A DNA stretch of 64,000 bases from Nemertoderma westbladi (taxonomy: Eukaryota > Animalia > Xenacoelomorpha). The notes below the pieces were generated by a model. That model was given only the letters and a program-made list of their open reading frames with translations, was not told the DNA's origin and did no database searches. Each line of letters begins with the position of its first letter. Position 1 is the stretch's first letter. The position numbers and the translations under genes were made by a program. The stretch lies in NCBI GenBank assembly GCA_032718475.1, contig JAUCBJ010008244.1:1-64000 (forward strand), in the 5' to 3' direction. Shown one piece after another: positions 26,451 through 39,051 of the stretch.

Positions 26451-26839
26451 GTTCGTGGGGCCTTCGCGCAGCACGAGGCCCAGTTATGAGATACAAATTA
26501 AAATTGTGCGACTGTATCACAAAATCAGGTTATGAGAGATTAACCCACACCACCAATTAATCAAAGAAAGGGGGACAGTACGTGTTCACCCCTTTTAATC
26601 TGCACCCCCCCCCCCATCCCCCCAATACATAACCGCGACATCTACCACCCACGGAAGGGTAGCACGAACTTATTTCCAAATGCACGTTCAATATGCAAAG
26701 CCAGGTGGTTTATAGGAATATAATCAATGCAGTACTCGTCTTCATTATAAGCCTCTTTGCGTTCGACCTGTTTTGTATTAAAATATATTTATTAAACGCA
26801 TGCTGACGCTCTTTATAATAATAATACTGTAATACCTAG

Positions 26840-28110
26840 TGTACGCGCTTTTGAAGACCTTTAGCAGTTTAACCTGCCAAAATTTATATGTCTTTTTGGT
26901 TTACAAATAGACTTTAGAAGTTGACAAATATTTAATACCAATAAACACAACATTAGCAGAAGCCAGCCTAGTGCGCGTCCATTCACCCGCTGGATATACC
27001 CGGGGGGCTGGATTCTGAGGGCTTAGATTATTATTGCAGTGTAAGCTTACTGTATTGTATTATTCGATTGATCGTTAATAAATAATTTCTGACTAATATT
27101 ATTTACTTTCGGGAAATATTAACAGTTCCTTTAGGACGTGGCGCTCTATCTAGGTAAACAGAGATATGACTTATACTAATCACAACGGTAAGTCGGTAAG
27201 GCTTATGATTCACGTATGAGGCGCATTCTTTAGGAAATGCTTAGTTATCAGTAACAATCAGGCACACTACCGGTAACACACAATACTGCTCACTAATTTG
27301 CAGACCGTCAATGAATTTTATCATATATAAAGAGAACAGCAACGGACCCATGTAGTGCTTATCAAATAGCATTAAATTCACTACAAACCACAATAATATA
27401 AGTCGCAATCGCTATATATAACCCGTCTCTCTAACCTGTAGTGTATCAAGAAAATTGGGAAATTTGGGTTCTTTATTAATGTTCTCCAAATAATATTCAA
27501 CCAACTAATACAAAATATGACAACAGTAAAACATTAAGACGGTAGGTTAAGATATGATATGACAAGTAATGATATGTGATATATGACATAGACTGGACTG
27601 ATAACAGTTATACGCTCTATAATCTTGAGCCTACTAATGTTTCTTCTAAAGTATGAAAACGAATTGATTCTAGAGCCGGTGTTCCTGGCCTAGATAGAAG
27701 GAACACAACAGTATCACAAAAACAGTAAGACTGAACACTCCTAGTATGATCGGCCGAATATCTCCACATCAACAGAAAAAATCGCTCTGATTGGCTTAAG
27801 CTAAACAAAGAACCATGTGTCCAATGGCCGTTTCCATGTCAGCAACCAGCTGTTAGATGTCGTAATCTGAATCATCAAGGCTAAGCTGTGTAAAGGTATT
27901 TGGTGCATTGCAGGTTTTTTGCCTTACCATGTCCGCCAAAACACGTATATAGAAGAATGACTGTTATGTCCGTTAAAACACCTATAACGGTACCTTGCGG
28001 GCGAGGGGAATATATATATAGTTAGAGAGCCTTTTAGAGTATTCCAGCGCCTGGGGGGAAACTGGATTGCGAAGCAAAAGGGCCAGTTATATCCCACAGA
28101 AGCTTTTACA
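26840..28110 (-). repeat. 3' LTR of element 2 (1271 bp)
   Basis: Near-identical to 36574-37839 (about 5 substitutions and one 5-bp indel). Confidence 0.96.
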
Positions 28111-28188
28111 CCGCTCCCAGAAAATGGGATTTGAGTCTATCAAATATACAAAATCACAGTTTCTAATATACGTAAATACTCTAAACAG

Positions 28189-29638
28189 TTAGTCTTTCTT
28201 GCGCGGACGGCGTTTACGCAGTTTTTTAAAGCTAGCCAGAGTCCTTTTCTCTTTGGGGCGAGCCACTTTACAAGGAGGGCTATAACTCCTGGGTGAAGGG
28301 TGCAATATGATTGCATCAGAGGGTGTAGGATTATGGTCGGTGTATCCGCCAGTCGAAGTACCGGGTTGATTGACATCAACGTCAGGTGAGAGGGGTCTAA
28401 CGGCTTTGAGAGCTCGTTTCAAGACAGCCGCTCTTACGGGTCCTTTACGAGTGGTCTGAACGAGGGCCGTGGGTGGACCATAGGCAGTTAGAAACCTCCG
28501 GGGTTTAATGGTTCTTTCCAACTCGCGTTCGCGGGCTCGGTATTCGTAAGGCCGTCGATATACTTCCTGTAACTCGGGGTGTGAGTTAACAAACAAGTCT
28601 CCATAGTCCGGATCCTGACGGATATAATTGATTAAGTTATAGGAATGAAGGTCGCTAGGATTAACACTCCTGAGAAATTTGCGTACGAATTTGGTTGAAA
28701 TACATTCTCCGACGCGCTTCAGTAGCTCGTAACTTGATATGCGTGATTTCTGTTCAACCGAAGCAAATAGATAAGGATGGAACGCATAAACTCCTTCGTA
28801 AGCGCGTCCGGGATAATAGCGATGGCGCGAATCACAATGTAAATCAGCGTTCGCTTCCCAAGCTCTGATGTAACGTAGTGTGATCATTTCATCTACGCTT
28901 TCCAAATCGTGATTAAAAGGGCAGTCGAAACTGGCATGTCCCTTTAGTTGACAATGGTGACATTGAGTCATAAATTGAGGGCAAACCGCAAAGATATGCA
29001 AGTTATTGAGTCTGCAATATGCGCAATAAATTTCCATAGTCGGTTGTTCTTGGAAATAGGAACAGCGGACGTTGGTGTCCATGGGCGTATCGTGGTCTCT
29101 CGATGCGCATAACCGACAACGTTGCCGAGAAACATAGTTGGCATGGCGATAATTGTACGCAGTGAGACACTGTGGACCTTGATACCATTCTAGGATGTAA
29201 TCGTTGTCGCTGTTCCGGGGCGCGATAGGCTGAATCTCCTCAGATTCTAGGCATATTGGTTCGTCTTCCCAGTCTGTTACGAATAGAATTTTCGTGATCT
29301 ATTCTCGGTTTACCGTTACGACTCCGCTGGGTATGATATTTAAATAGAACCATTTCCCTTTCGGTGTCTACATCGTCCGTATCATGTAAATCGATAGGAT
29401 GGCCGGTCGTTAAGAAGTCCATATACGTACCATTACGATTCGTATAGCGAGTGGTGAATTTTCGATAGTCCAATTCACGCGCAAGTTGCTCTTGGGACAT
29501 CGGCGGTTCGATATAACGACCATCGTCCTCCGTAATGGTTGGATCGGCTTCACCGCGTATTAAGCTATCCACAAATGCTTGTAAAGGTAGAGTATATCGC
29601 TCCCTAATACCAAGATCATCTTCTATCAACTCCGTCAT
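28189..29638 (-). CDS. Accessory 3' zinc-knuckle gene of element 2 (two overlapping frames, switch near 29240-29300)
   Basis: The 297-aa ORF frame stays open upstream of its Met to ~29298 and adds CRLCASRDH; then CAYCRLNNLHIFAVC and CHHCQLKGHASFDC; ends KKLRKRRPRKKD. Confidence 0.8.
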
Positions 29639-31268
29639 ATCTGCTATCTGAGTTTATTAATATCAAATAAGTTTATATTTAGGCGAGCGGGCGTCGCTGC
29701 CTACTTCTCTTTGCCCCCGGACAGTGGGATTCTCAGCGCCGATGTACCATTGTCGCGGTGTTTACGCCAACATGTAGCAACAGCACGACAACGATAACCG
29801 GCACAAGTCACTCCACTGTCCATCCCAAAGGCTTGAATCCACTTTAGGTTCTTTCTATAGGAGAGTTGGGTTACTTTCACAATTGCGACTAGCTACTGTA
29901 AACATACTTTAGCAGTAACATTCACCTATAAACGCACAAATTCCACACAACTGTCACCAATTGTACACATACAGGCCATTTGTCTGTTAGTCAGTGCCTT
30001 CCAGAATGTCACGTTATTACTGTGTATCCTTGGATACTAACAGTGTGCTATGTATTCTCTATGCTATGCAATGGGACAAGCTTTCTATTGTTCTTTTAAC
30101 TTGCTTCTAATTCTAGCGTGGGTGTTGCTATGGTGACATTATGGAAAGCTAGCGGTAGAATTAGAGTAATTCTCATGCATACAGATCTGGAATGCTATTT
30201 AATAGTAATTCTTTAATTGTCAATATCCTCTTTATACATGATTTTATTAATTTTATCGGCTATTGACTATATGTTGGAGATTCTCGCACTCTAATACACT
30301 CAATAGGATGAATCTCCGCTCCCATGATCTATTAATTAATGGAATTTTGGGAATGTTATAAATTGCACAAAATGACAATTTATGAAATTCATTTAAAATA
30401 TGAATTTAAATTTATTCCCGTGAATTTTATTATTTGATGTTAAAATTGACACAATTTGATTCCAGAGCAGGTCTGGGAACATAGGATCCTTAATTCTATG
30501 AAAATTGTCTTTTAAGAGTATCGGTAAGTGCTGCGATATCTTAATTGACTAGAAATTTTAAAGGATCTGAATTTTACAGATTTTAATAAATATTAAATTA
30601 ATATTTAAGATGGGCACCGATTTATTCCAGAACTTGTCTGGGGACGTTAACCACTGATTCTAGAATTGGTCTTTCAAGTATATCGGTGGGTGCCGCGATA
30701 TCTTAATCGACTAGAATTACAGATGGTCAAAAGGTTTAACAGATTTATTTGCGTTTTACGCTACTGTTAGAGGGACATCACGCTACTATATGTATTATTA
30801 TATATGGTATGAGAGCAATATCGCACGAAGCAATGTCAGTGTGAAGAGGCAAGTCGTTTCCAAGGTCTACCCAGAGCTTGGTTTAGCCCAGACACGAGGA
30901 TCTGAACTTTGCATTCCTAATACTCTGCCTACCAATAATACTTGAATATAGTAGTGGCTTTATTGTACTTTAATAAGTACGGACATTTCATCTTACTGTA
31001 GTCACGTATTTATAATATGATACGGACAGTAAGGAAAGAGAAAAATAATTATTTCTTGCCGTCGCACTAAATATATATTATAAGTAATTACGTACGTAAT
31101 AAACACTATAAATATATTGCACTAATCTACTAAATAATCACTAAAATAACATTCTACTAAATAAAATTAAAGAAAACGATTATAATAAAATTACATAATA
31201 ATACATACATAAATATAAAATAAAAACAAATATAAAATGATATAGTCACACGCCCACTCCATATATTA

Positions 31269-34200
31269 TTACGTTATGGAGTCCCTAGATATTTGTCGGA
31301 TTAGGGAAGTGGTCGTAGGAAGAGTATCTTGCCTTCCATAGTTTCCGGACAGTTTTCGGTCTCTTTCCAGTAAACATAAACGACCAGCTGGGCGATTGAG
31401 TTGTTGTGTTACTTTCTCCGCTCCCTTGGCCTGTCTAATCTCCGTAGTGGTAAGATGAGGAGGCCATTCTTCTTCTTCTTTACTTAAGAAGTCGGATCCA
31501 CCTAACCAGCCTGGATTATCTATCAGTTCTTGAGGAGTTGCTCCTCTGGAAGCGATGTCGGCTGGATTAATCGTCCCAAGGCAATGTCTCCATTGATCTA
31601 CATTGGAGTTAATATCGTCATTATCTGAGGAGTATGGTGTTCCCTCAGTTGGATCGTCCACATTACTGCTCTCCACTTCCCATTCCTTTACTTGGTATAC
31701 CTGTTGTTGAGGTAATCTCTCTTTGAGAGTTCTACGGGAAGGGCCAGTGAAGTACCAACCTACTCTAGTTCTTACCGCATAGGTTTGTAGTGGCTGCGGT
31801 TGAGCAGGCCGTTTCTCCAATGTCTCGAGCGCCTCATGCGCGTTTTGGCCGATGAGTATTTGCACTCCAGGATAATCTGTCTGGAATCGAGGTATCTTAA
31901 GCCTTGCACCTACATAGTAATCTGCCGTTATGGTAGATTTCCAAACCTGCATAATTCCGGACATATTCAACTTAGTTCGGAATTTGGGTTGTCCAGCAAA
32001 GATGTCTTCGGCTAGTTCTTGATCGATGAATGTTCCTGTGCTGCCGGAGTCAAGGAGGGCGTTCACTATGTAACTTTTGTTAGGACCGTGAACTCTTACC
32101 TGCACTACAGGAAATTCTCTGATTCCTATGTTGGAAGTTGGAGCTTTCCAAGATGGTTGTCTGTCAAAGGTAGTTGGGGGGAACTCATTGTCGGTGTCAT
32201 TTTCATACGTAAGTGCTCGATACACTGCGGTATTTATTAGGTAACAGGATTCGTTGGCGTCGGAGAATTCGTCCGTATAGAATCCTTCCATCTCAGACTC
32301 TTGATCAGTGTCATTTACATCACTGAATTGGACATGTAGTTCGGGTTCACTTACCTGACTCGGGTTGTTTCGTTCGAATTCACTGCGTAACAAGATGTGA
32401 TGTTTCGCACCGCACTTTGCACACTTTACTTCGGAGTAACAGGTTCGCCGTTGGTGTCCTGGTCTGAGGCAATGATAGCATAACCGCTTATCCCACATGA
32501 CTTCACGTCTGTCTACCGGGGATTTCTTTAGGAATTCAGCACACACACTCAAACGGTGGGGCCCGTCGCACAGCGCACATTTTGGTTTGATGTTACTCAC
32601 TTTACCTTGGGTAACGTTATGCACTCTCGTTCTTTCTTCGGGCTTTCTTCCGTGAATTCTCTTAGGAGACGTAGGAGGAGTTGTTGTTACCTGTTCTCTC
32701 CGGTCACTGGTTCGAGACTTATATTTACTTACGTCTTTATAGGTCTTGTTGTCATAGTAGGATTTTGCTGTGTCTTTCCCGCTGTCCTCTTCCTGAGAGA
32801 CTTGGCTTTCGCCGTCGTCAGTATAACACACTGGTGTTACCCTTCTCCTAGAAACGGGTTTCTCACTTACCTTATTTTCCGATGTTTTCTCTCTGGACTG
32901 CTTTATGAGTTGTAATTTTACTTCACTATCTAAGAAGGACATGAGATCAGCCATGGTAGGGTCTCGTTGTTGTTGTTCCATCATATATAACACTTTCTTG
33001 TCCCAGCGTGTACCTACTCCACCCTTTGGTAAAGTAGATGCTAAGGCTCCTACAACCATAGAGTTCTGGTATTCATGAGACTCACCTAACCAATCTAGCT
33101 GTCTACAGATCTCCTGAATTTCATCGGAAAATTCTATAATCCCGCTGCTAAGAAACTTTCGGGGCGCCATTAATTTCGCATATAAATACCTAGCTATGTT
33201 AGTCCTATTACCATACCTGATGTTTAATGTATCCCAAACTTGTCTTAATCCATCTGGATGTCCAATAAATTTTAACGCCATTAACTTGGGAGGTCCTTCC
33301 AAGCATTCGATGAGGTATCTGAGTTTCTCTCCGTTAGATAGCACAGAATTCTGTATGTTATCTTTGTAATATTCATTAAAAGGTAACCATTTCATCTCAT
33401 CTCCATTGAACTTGACGATCTCTCCAACCTTTACCGCTTGACGGGCTTCGGTTCTAGCCATTTGACGCGTAAAACTTTCTTGAGCCATCGTATTATTGAA
33501 TATAGAATTATCGGTATATAAATTTCTCGGATTATGATCAGGTCTATATGGAATATTATTATCAACAGGTTTATAATCACCCTGAATAGGGTTTACTATA
33601 GGAGTTTCTACTTCACTAGCAGTATAGATGCGTGTAGGCTCCACACCTTGCGCATGAGATACTTCAGACCTAACGGGTTGACACATTGTTACAGGGGGTG
33701 GTGGTATACCCTTTTGTAAATTGACTAATTTATCGCGTTCTAACGCGATACTTTGCTGCACCTTTTGCAACTCTAACCTACTTTCCCTTACTGTTCCCTT
33801 GAGCTGCTGAACAGTCTCTTCCATTTCCCGGACCTGCTGAGAGGAGCACAAACAGTGTTCCCTCAGCTGCTCGAGCAGGAGACCCATCTCCCGTCGTCCC
33901 TCAGCTACCCACTCAACCGCCGAAGCGGGAGTCGCCAACGTAGTAGCGGGCGAGCGAGAGACGACGGGCGATAAATTCTTGATATCTCGCTCGGCGTCCA
34001 GGACGGGTTCGGACTCGGGAACAGTCCTACTGGGCACAGGTAGTTTAGTACTGTACAAAGGGAATTTATAGGCAGGTTCTGGGAGTACAGGTGTCTCTAT
34101 CTTTCTTTCCGCTTCTACTGTTGCCATTGCCTCTGCCGCCTTTCTTTCCGCTTCTGCTGTTGCCATTGTCTCTGCCGCCTTTCTTTCCGCTTCTGCTGTT

Positions 34201-34343
34201 GCCATTGCCTCTGCCGCCTTTCTTTCCGCTTCTGCTGTTGCCATTGCCTCTGCCATCTTCCTTTCAAGACCCTGTCCAAGTCTAAGACTCATTCTAACAC
34301 CTTCCAAAAGACTATCTGACAGTGCCCGTTTTGTGTCAGACAT
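31269..34343 (-). CDS. gag: BEL/Pao Gag-protease fused in frame to the end of the RNase H region; RT and integrase absent
   Basis: KFNGDEMKW, CALC/CYHC/CAKC knuckles, LLDSGS, then directly WRHCLGTINPADIASRG; 13-aa AEAMATAEAERKA repeats at the N-terminus. Confidence 0.9.
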   Translation of the reverse strand: MSDTKRALSDSLLEGVRMSLRLGQGLERKMAEAMATAEAERKAAEAMATAEAERKAAETMATAEAERKAAEAMATVEAERKIETPVLPEPAYKFPLYSTKLPVPSRTVPESEPVLDAERDIKNLSPVVSRSPATTLATPASAVEWVAEGRREMGLLLEQLREHCLCSSQQVREMEETVQQLKGTVRESRLELQKVQQSIALERDKLVNLQKGIPPPPVTMCQPVRSEVSHAQGVEPTRIYTASEVETPIVNPIQGDYKPVDNNIPYRPDHNPRNLYTDNSIFNNTMAQESFTRQMARTEARQAVKVGEIVKFNGDEMKWLPFNEYYKDNIQNSVLSNGEKLRYLIECLEGPPKLMALKFIGHPDGLRQVWDTLNIRYGNRTNIARYLYAKLMAPRKFLSSGIIEFSDEIQEICRQLDWLGESHEYQNSMVVGALASTLPKGGVGTRWDKKVLYMMEQQQRDPTMADLMSFLDSEVKLQLIKQSREKTSENKVSEKPVSRRRVTPVCYTDDGESQVSQEEDSGKDTAKSYYDNKTYKDVSKYKSRTSDRREQVTTTPPTSPKRIHGRKPEERTRVHNVTQGKVSNIKPKCALCDGPHRLSVCAEFLKKSPVDRREVMWDKRLCYHCLRPGHQRRTCYSEVKCAKCGAKHHILLRSEFERNNPSQVSEPELHVQFSDVNDTDQESEMEGFYTDEFSDANESCYLINTAVYRALTYENDTDNEFPPTTFDRQPSWKAPTSNIGIREFPVVQVRVHGPNKSYIVNALLDSGSTGTFIDQELAEDIFAGQPKFRTKLNMSGIMQVWKSTITADYYVGARLKIPRFQTDYPGVQILIGQNAHEALETLEKRPAQPQPLQTYAVRTRVGWYFTGPSRRTLKERLPQQQVYQVKEWEVESSNVDDPTEGTPYSSDNDDINSNVDQWRHCLGTINPADIASRGATPQELIDNPGWLGGSDFLSKEEEEWPPHLTTTEIRQAKGAEKVTQQLNRPAGRLCLLERDRKLSGNYGRQDTLPTTTSLIRQISRDSIT

Positions 34344-35684
34344 GTTTGATTGTACAGTTGAATGCCTACTGCTATATTACAGTTAAAGCAAGTCTAGTAA
34401 TTCAGTATCACTGTTAGCCTAATAATTAATTACCGATACTGCTACTCAGTGTAGCGTGATATATATATAATATATTAGAATACCGGTATTATTACAGACT
34501 AGATTTGTCACAGAGTACCGGTATATAAATTTAGCACAAATATATATAAATATATAATAGGCCTATCGTGAATACCGGTATGCAGCTTACACTTATAGTA
34601 TATAAGTATAATTCTGGACTAGAATTAATTACAGAGTACCGGTATGATTTCAGCCTAAATTTATAGAATAAATATAATAAGCCTATTGTAAATACCGGTC
34701 GTCAATTATTTTAAAATAATTGAATTTCTGAATGTTAGGGGTTACTTGGTTACTTTACTTACTTTATTACCGTTATTTGAGCAGCAGTCCAACTGATATT
34801 AAGACCTAAGTGTTGTATAACAGGTCAACTATTTTATTAATAGATTTAGTGGATTTATATGTACCCGTATGAGGGGTTTTGTTACAATATTGAAATAGAT
34901 GTTACTATTTCTGGGAAGTAATCACTACACAAAAGCTGTGCGCTCTCAGTGAAGTGCTACTTATTAGACACTAAAACAGATAATTCTACTTCCTAAGTTA
35001 CTTATCTACAAATTACTTACGATACGGGTGAGATTAATTCTCTAACTAAACACAACAAAAATATTACGTACGAAATTTTAGGGTAATTTTACAGGAAGTC
35101 TACAAACCAGCCTAACAAAGGGTTAGAATTCTGGTTATTACAAACGGACAGGATACTACGGTATTTGAAAATAATAAGTAGTAGTAAATACACTGTGTTG
35201 TCCAGATAGGAAAATACCACCGCCTGACGACCTATAACCGTATCGCTATAGGTACTACGTTATGTATCACGGAGTGTCCCTACCTAGAAGTTAATTACCG
35301 CGGTCTACCAGAACCAACGTGCCTATTAACCACTTTACAACACAAATATACTGCCTACACACTAATTACCTTCGGAAAGCACTGTACACTAAACCCTAAA
35401 TTAGGTACAAGTACTGGTACAACAAATAATCAGTAGTTAAAAATACTTGAACAGCTAAAAGAACCACGGCATCTGCTGGAGTGACCGGTGCACAAAATCA
35501 CCAGTCTTTACCTACGCCAAGCAGCCCGTGTAGTACCGGGGTTAATTTAACTATAACGGTATATATAACAAGCACAATTACTGTAGGAATAAACTTGGGG
35601 ACATGAATGTTGCGAATAATCGCATAAACTCTGAATAATAAATATTACGCTACCCGTACAGAATACTCAAACAAAATACAAACC

Positions 35685-36170
35685 AAACGCTGGCAGACTA
35701 CCACCAAGCCTAAATAAACTACCGTATGTGTAGATTCCGAAATGGTTAGTTAGTATGCGTTCTAACACGGTAGTACGACTTATTCTTTAAGAGGGGATTG
35801 ACCTTACAGCTATGGCTGCCCCAACTTACTAACTGGCACTTTATCAGACAAACTCTACACACGCAGCAATCTCTTCAGACCTAATAATAGCTAGACAACA
35901 ATCCAGCCTACAAAATATCTGAGTAATAACTATTACGGTACCTGAACAGACCACACAAACAAACACAGGCCAAAACGTTGGCAGAATACCGTCAAGCCTA
36001 AATAAACTACAGTATGTGCAGATTCCAAAATGGTTAGTTAGTATGCGTTCTAACACGGTAGTACGACTTATTCTTTAAGAGGGGATTGACCTTACAGCTA
36101 TGGCTGCCCCAACTTACTAACTGGCACTCTATCAGACAAACTCTACACACGCAGTAATCTCTCCAAACCC
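35685..36170. repeat. ~288-bp tandem duplication in the leader of element 2
   Basis: GGTTAGTTAGTATGCGTTCTAACACGG...CAGACAAACTCTACACACGCAG occurs twice, ~288 bp apart. Confidence 0.85.
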
Positions 36171-36573
36171 AACAACAATCCGACAACAGTCCGGCCTACA
36201 ATTATCTGAACAATCTGAGCAGACTTACACGTCTTCAGCTCAATATTAACTTACATGTAAATAAAACCGACAGAAATAAGTAAAATCTCAATAAAAAACC
36301 AGGGCGGCCGTCCCTGATTAAATACTAAGACCTACCAGTATACTATAATCAAAATCGAATAATACTAATGTACTTATACTGGAAGTACCGGTTAGGACAG
36401 TTGGGCCTACGGACCTACAGAAGTACCGGTTCTGGCAGTTGGACCTACGGACCTACAGCAGTACCGGTTCTGGCAGTTGGGCCTACTGACCTACAGAAGT
36501 ACCGGTTCAGGTTTACCGATCGACCGGTACTTTCAACTTTATTGCTTACTGCAATAAAGACAATAACTGTTAT

Positions 36574-37839
36574 TGTACGCGCTTTTGAAGACCTTTAGCA
36601 GTTTAACCTGCCAAAATTTATATGTCTTTTTGGTTTACAAATAGACTTTAGAAGTTGACAAATATACCAATAAACACAACATTAGCAGAAGCCAGCCTAG
36701 TGCGCGTCCATTCACCCGCTGGATATACCCGGGGGGCTGGATTCTGAGGGCTTAGATTATTATTGCAGTGTAAGCTTACTGTATTGTATTATTCGATTGA
36801 TCGTTAATAAATAATTTCTGACTAATATTATTTACTTTCGGGAAATATTAACAGTTCCTTTAGGACGTGGCGCTCTATCTAGGTAAACAGAGATATGACT
36901 TATACTAATCACAACGGTAAGTCGGTAAGGCTTATGATTCACGTATGAGGCGCATTCTTTAGGAAATGCTTAGTTATCAGTCACAATCAGGCACACTACC
37001 GGTAACACACAATACTGCTCACTAATTTGCAGACCGTCAATGAATTTTATCATATATAAAGAGAACAGCAACGGACCCATGTAGTGCTTATCAAATAGCA
37101 TTAAATTCACTACAAACCACAATAATATAAGTCGCAATCGCTATATATAACCCGTCTCTCTAACCTGTAGTGTATCAAGAAAATTGGGAAATTTGGGTTC
37201 TTTATAAATGTTCTCCAAATAATATTCAACCAACTAATACAAAATATGACAACAGTAAAACATTAAGACGGTAGGTTAAGATATGATATGACAAGTAATG
37301 ATATGTGATATATGACATAGACTGGACTGATAACAGTTATACGCTCTATAATCTTGAGCCTACTAATGTTTCTTCTAAAGTATGAAAACGAATTGATTCT
37401 AGAGCCGGTGTTCCTGGCCTAGATAGAAGGAACACAACAGTATCACAAAAACAGTAAAACTGAACACTCCTAGTATGATCGGCCGAATATCTCCACATCG
37501 ACAGAAAAAATCGCTCTGATTGGCTTAAGCTAAACAAAGAACCATGTGTCCAATGGCCGTTTCCATGTCAGCAACCAGCTGTTAGATGTCGTAATCTGAA
37601 TCATCAAGGCTAAGCTGTGTAAAGGTATTTGGTGCATTGCAGGTTTTTTGCCTTACCATGTCCGCCAAAACACGTATATAGAAGAATGACTGTTATGTCC
37701 GTTAAAACACCTATAACGGTACCTTGCGGGCGAGGGGAATATATATATAGTTAGAGAGCCTTTTAGAGTATTCCAGCGCCTGGGGGGAAACTGGATTGCG
37801 AAGCAAAAGGGCCAGTTATATCCCACAGAACCTTTTACA
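36574..37839 (-). repeat. 5' LTR of element 2 (1266 bp)
   Basis: Near-identical to 26840-28110. Confidence 0.96.
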
Positions 37840-38439
37840 CCTAGGGATGCCAGCTTCCAGACTTTCAATCTTTACTGCCGCGCAAACCCCGCAGAGGAAG
37901 TTTTGGTTTGAGAGATCAAGCCCATCGGCAATTGGTGTTTCAATTTCGGTCCAGGAACTCTGACAATGGGAGCATTAAATCTTAGCTGTGGTCCATTCCC
38001 GTGGTTTCGGCTTCCTTTTCTTTGTCCCAATGACAGATTCTTCTGAAGACGTTCGATTCGCTTTCAGTTTATTATTGGCGTTTGTGTTTTGAAGTTGTAT
38101 TCGAGTGGACAGTCGCGCCGGTTTCGAGGTAACCTGTGATAAGCGTTGGTTTTGTTGAGTGCCGGTATTCCAGTATTCATCTTCTCTCACCTCTTCAATG
38201 TCAGATGTTGCAAATACTGATAACACGAATAACGGTATATTTCAATACTTGTCAATAGTAATATAGATAATTTAGATAACTATTTTATAACTGTACTGTT
38301 GAGCAAACTCTACATAAATTCCAACCTGTGTATCGCCAGTAGTGCTGTTGCTGTGCAACAGTGCAAGTGCTGAAGTGCTAGTTGCCACCGGTGAGCCGGT
38401 ACCGGTAGTAGGGTGGTACCTACGGTGCGCACTACAACG

Positions 38440-39051
38440 ATAAAGTGTATAATGGTAAATGTCCCAATTACCTAAAACAAAAATTCAACAGAGTACGCGA
38501 TACACACTCTTACAGTACCAGAGCTAGTGCTTCAAACTTCTACCTCCCGAATTGTAAATCCTTCGAATCTGATACTTTCTTTTTTAACGGTATTAAAAAT
38601 TGGAACGCTCTGCCTAATGAAATTAAAAACCTAAATAATCAACATTCTTTTAAATCTGCAGTTAAATCTCATCTCCGTGTGCAATGTAAAAATAGATACA
38701 ATAGTCCTACAGTAAGTTATTAGCTTATTAATTATTTACTATTTATACTGTAAATACGTTTTATATTAAATTGTTCTGTACATTACATCTTTATCGTTGA
38801 GTCGGGCATTGTCACGCTCTCGGTAAAGTTGTACATGTACATAGTGTAATTACGTTTTATATTGGTTTTAGGTTAGCGTAGTGTAATATTGTATTTGTAA
38901 CCAAGTAACATAAAGGACCCCCTTGGAAATAAGCTGCAAAGCTTTAGGGGTAATCCTATATGTTATGTTGGACAATACCTTTATACCGGTACATTGTTTG
39001 GTGTATTTGTTATTGTTTTTACATAATGTATAAATAAATCTATCTATCTAT
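38440..39051 (+). mobile_element. 5'-truncated copy of the LINE at 47420-51320, with a (TCTA)n tail
   Basis: Near-identical to 50743-51310; AATAAA followed by TCTATCTATCTA. Confidence 0.92.

Larger units (their letters stand above)
26840..37839 (-). mobile_element. Internally deleted BEL/Pao LTR retrotransposon (element 2), 11.0 kb, TSD CCTAG
   Basis: LTRs 26840-28110 and 36574-37839, TG...CA; CCTAG at 26835-26839 and 37840-37844; GGGAGCGG purine tract before the 3' LTR. Confidence 0.96.

Noticed and set aside
37845-38230. Possible gene interrupted by element 2
   Set aside because: No consistent spliced frame or recognisable domain could be built
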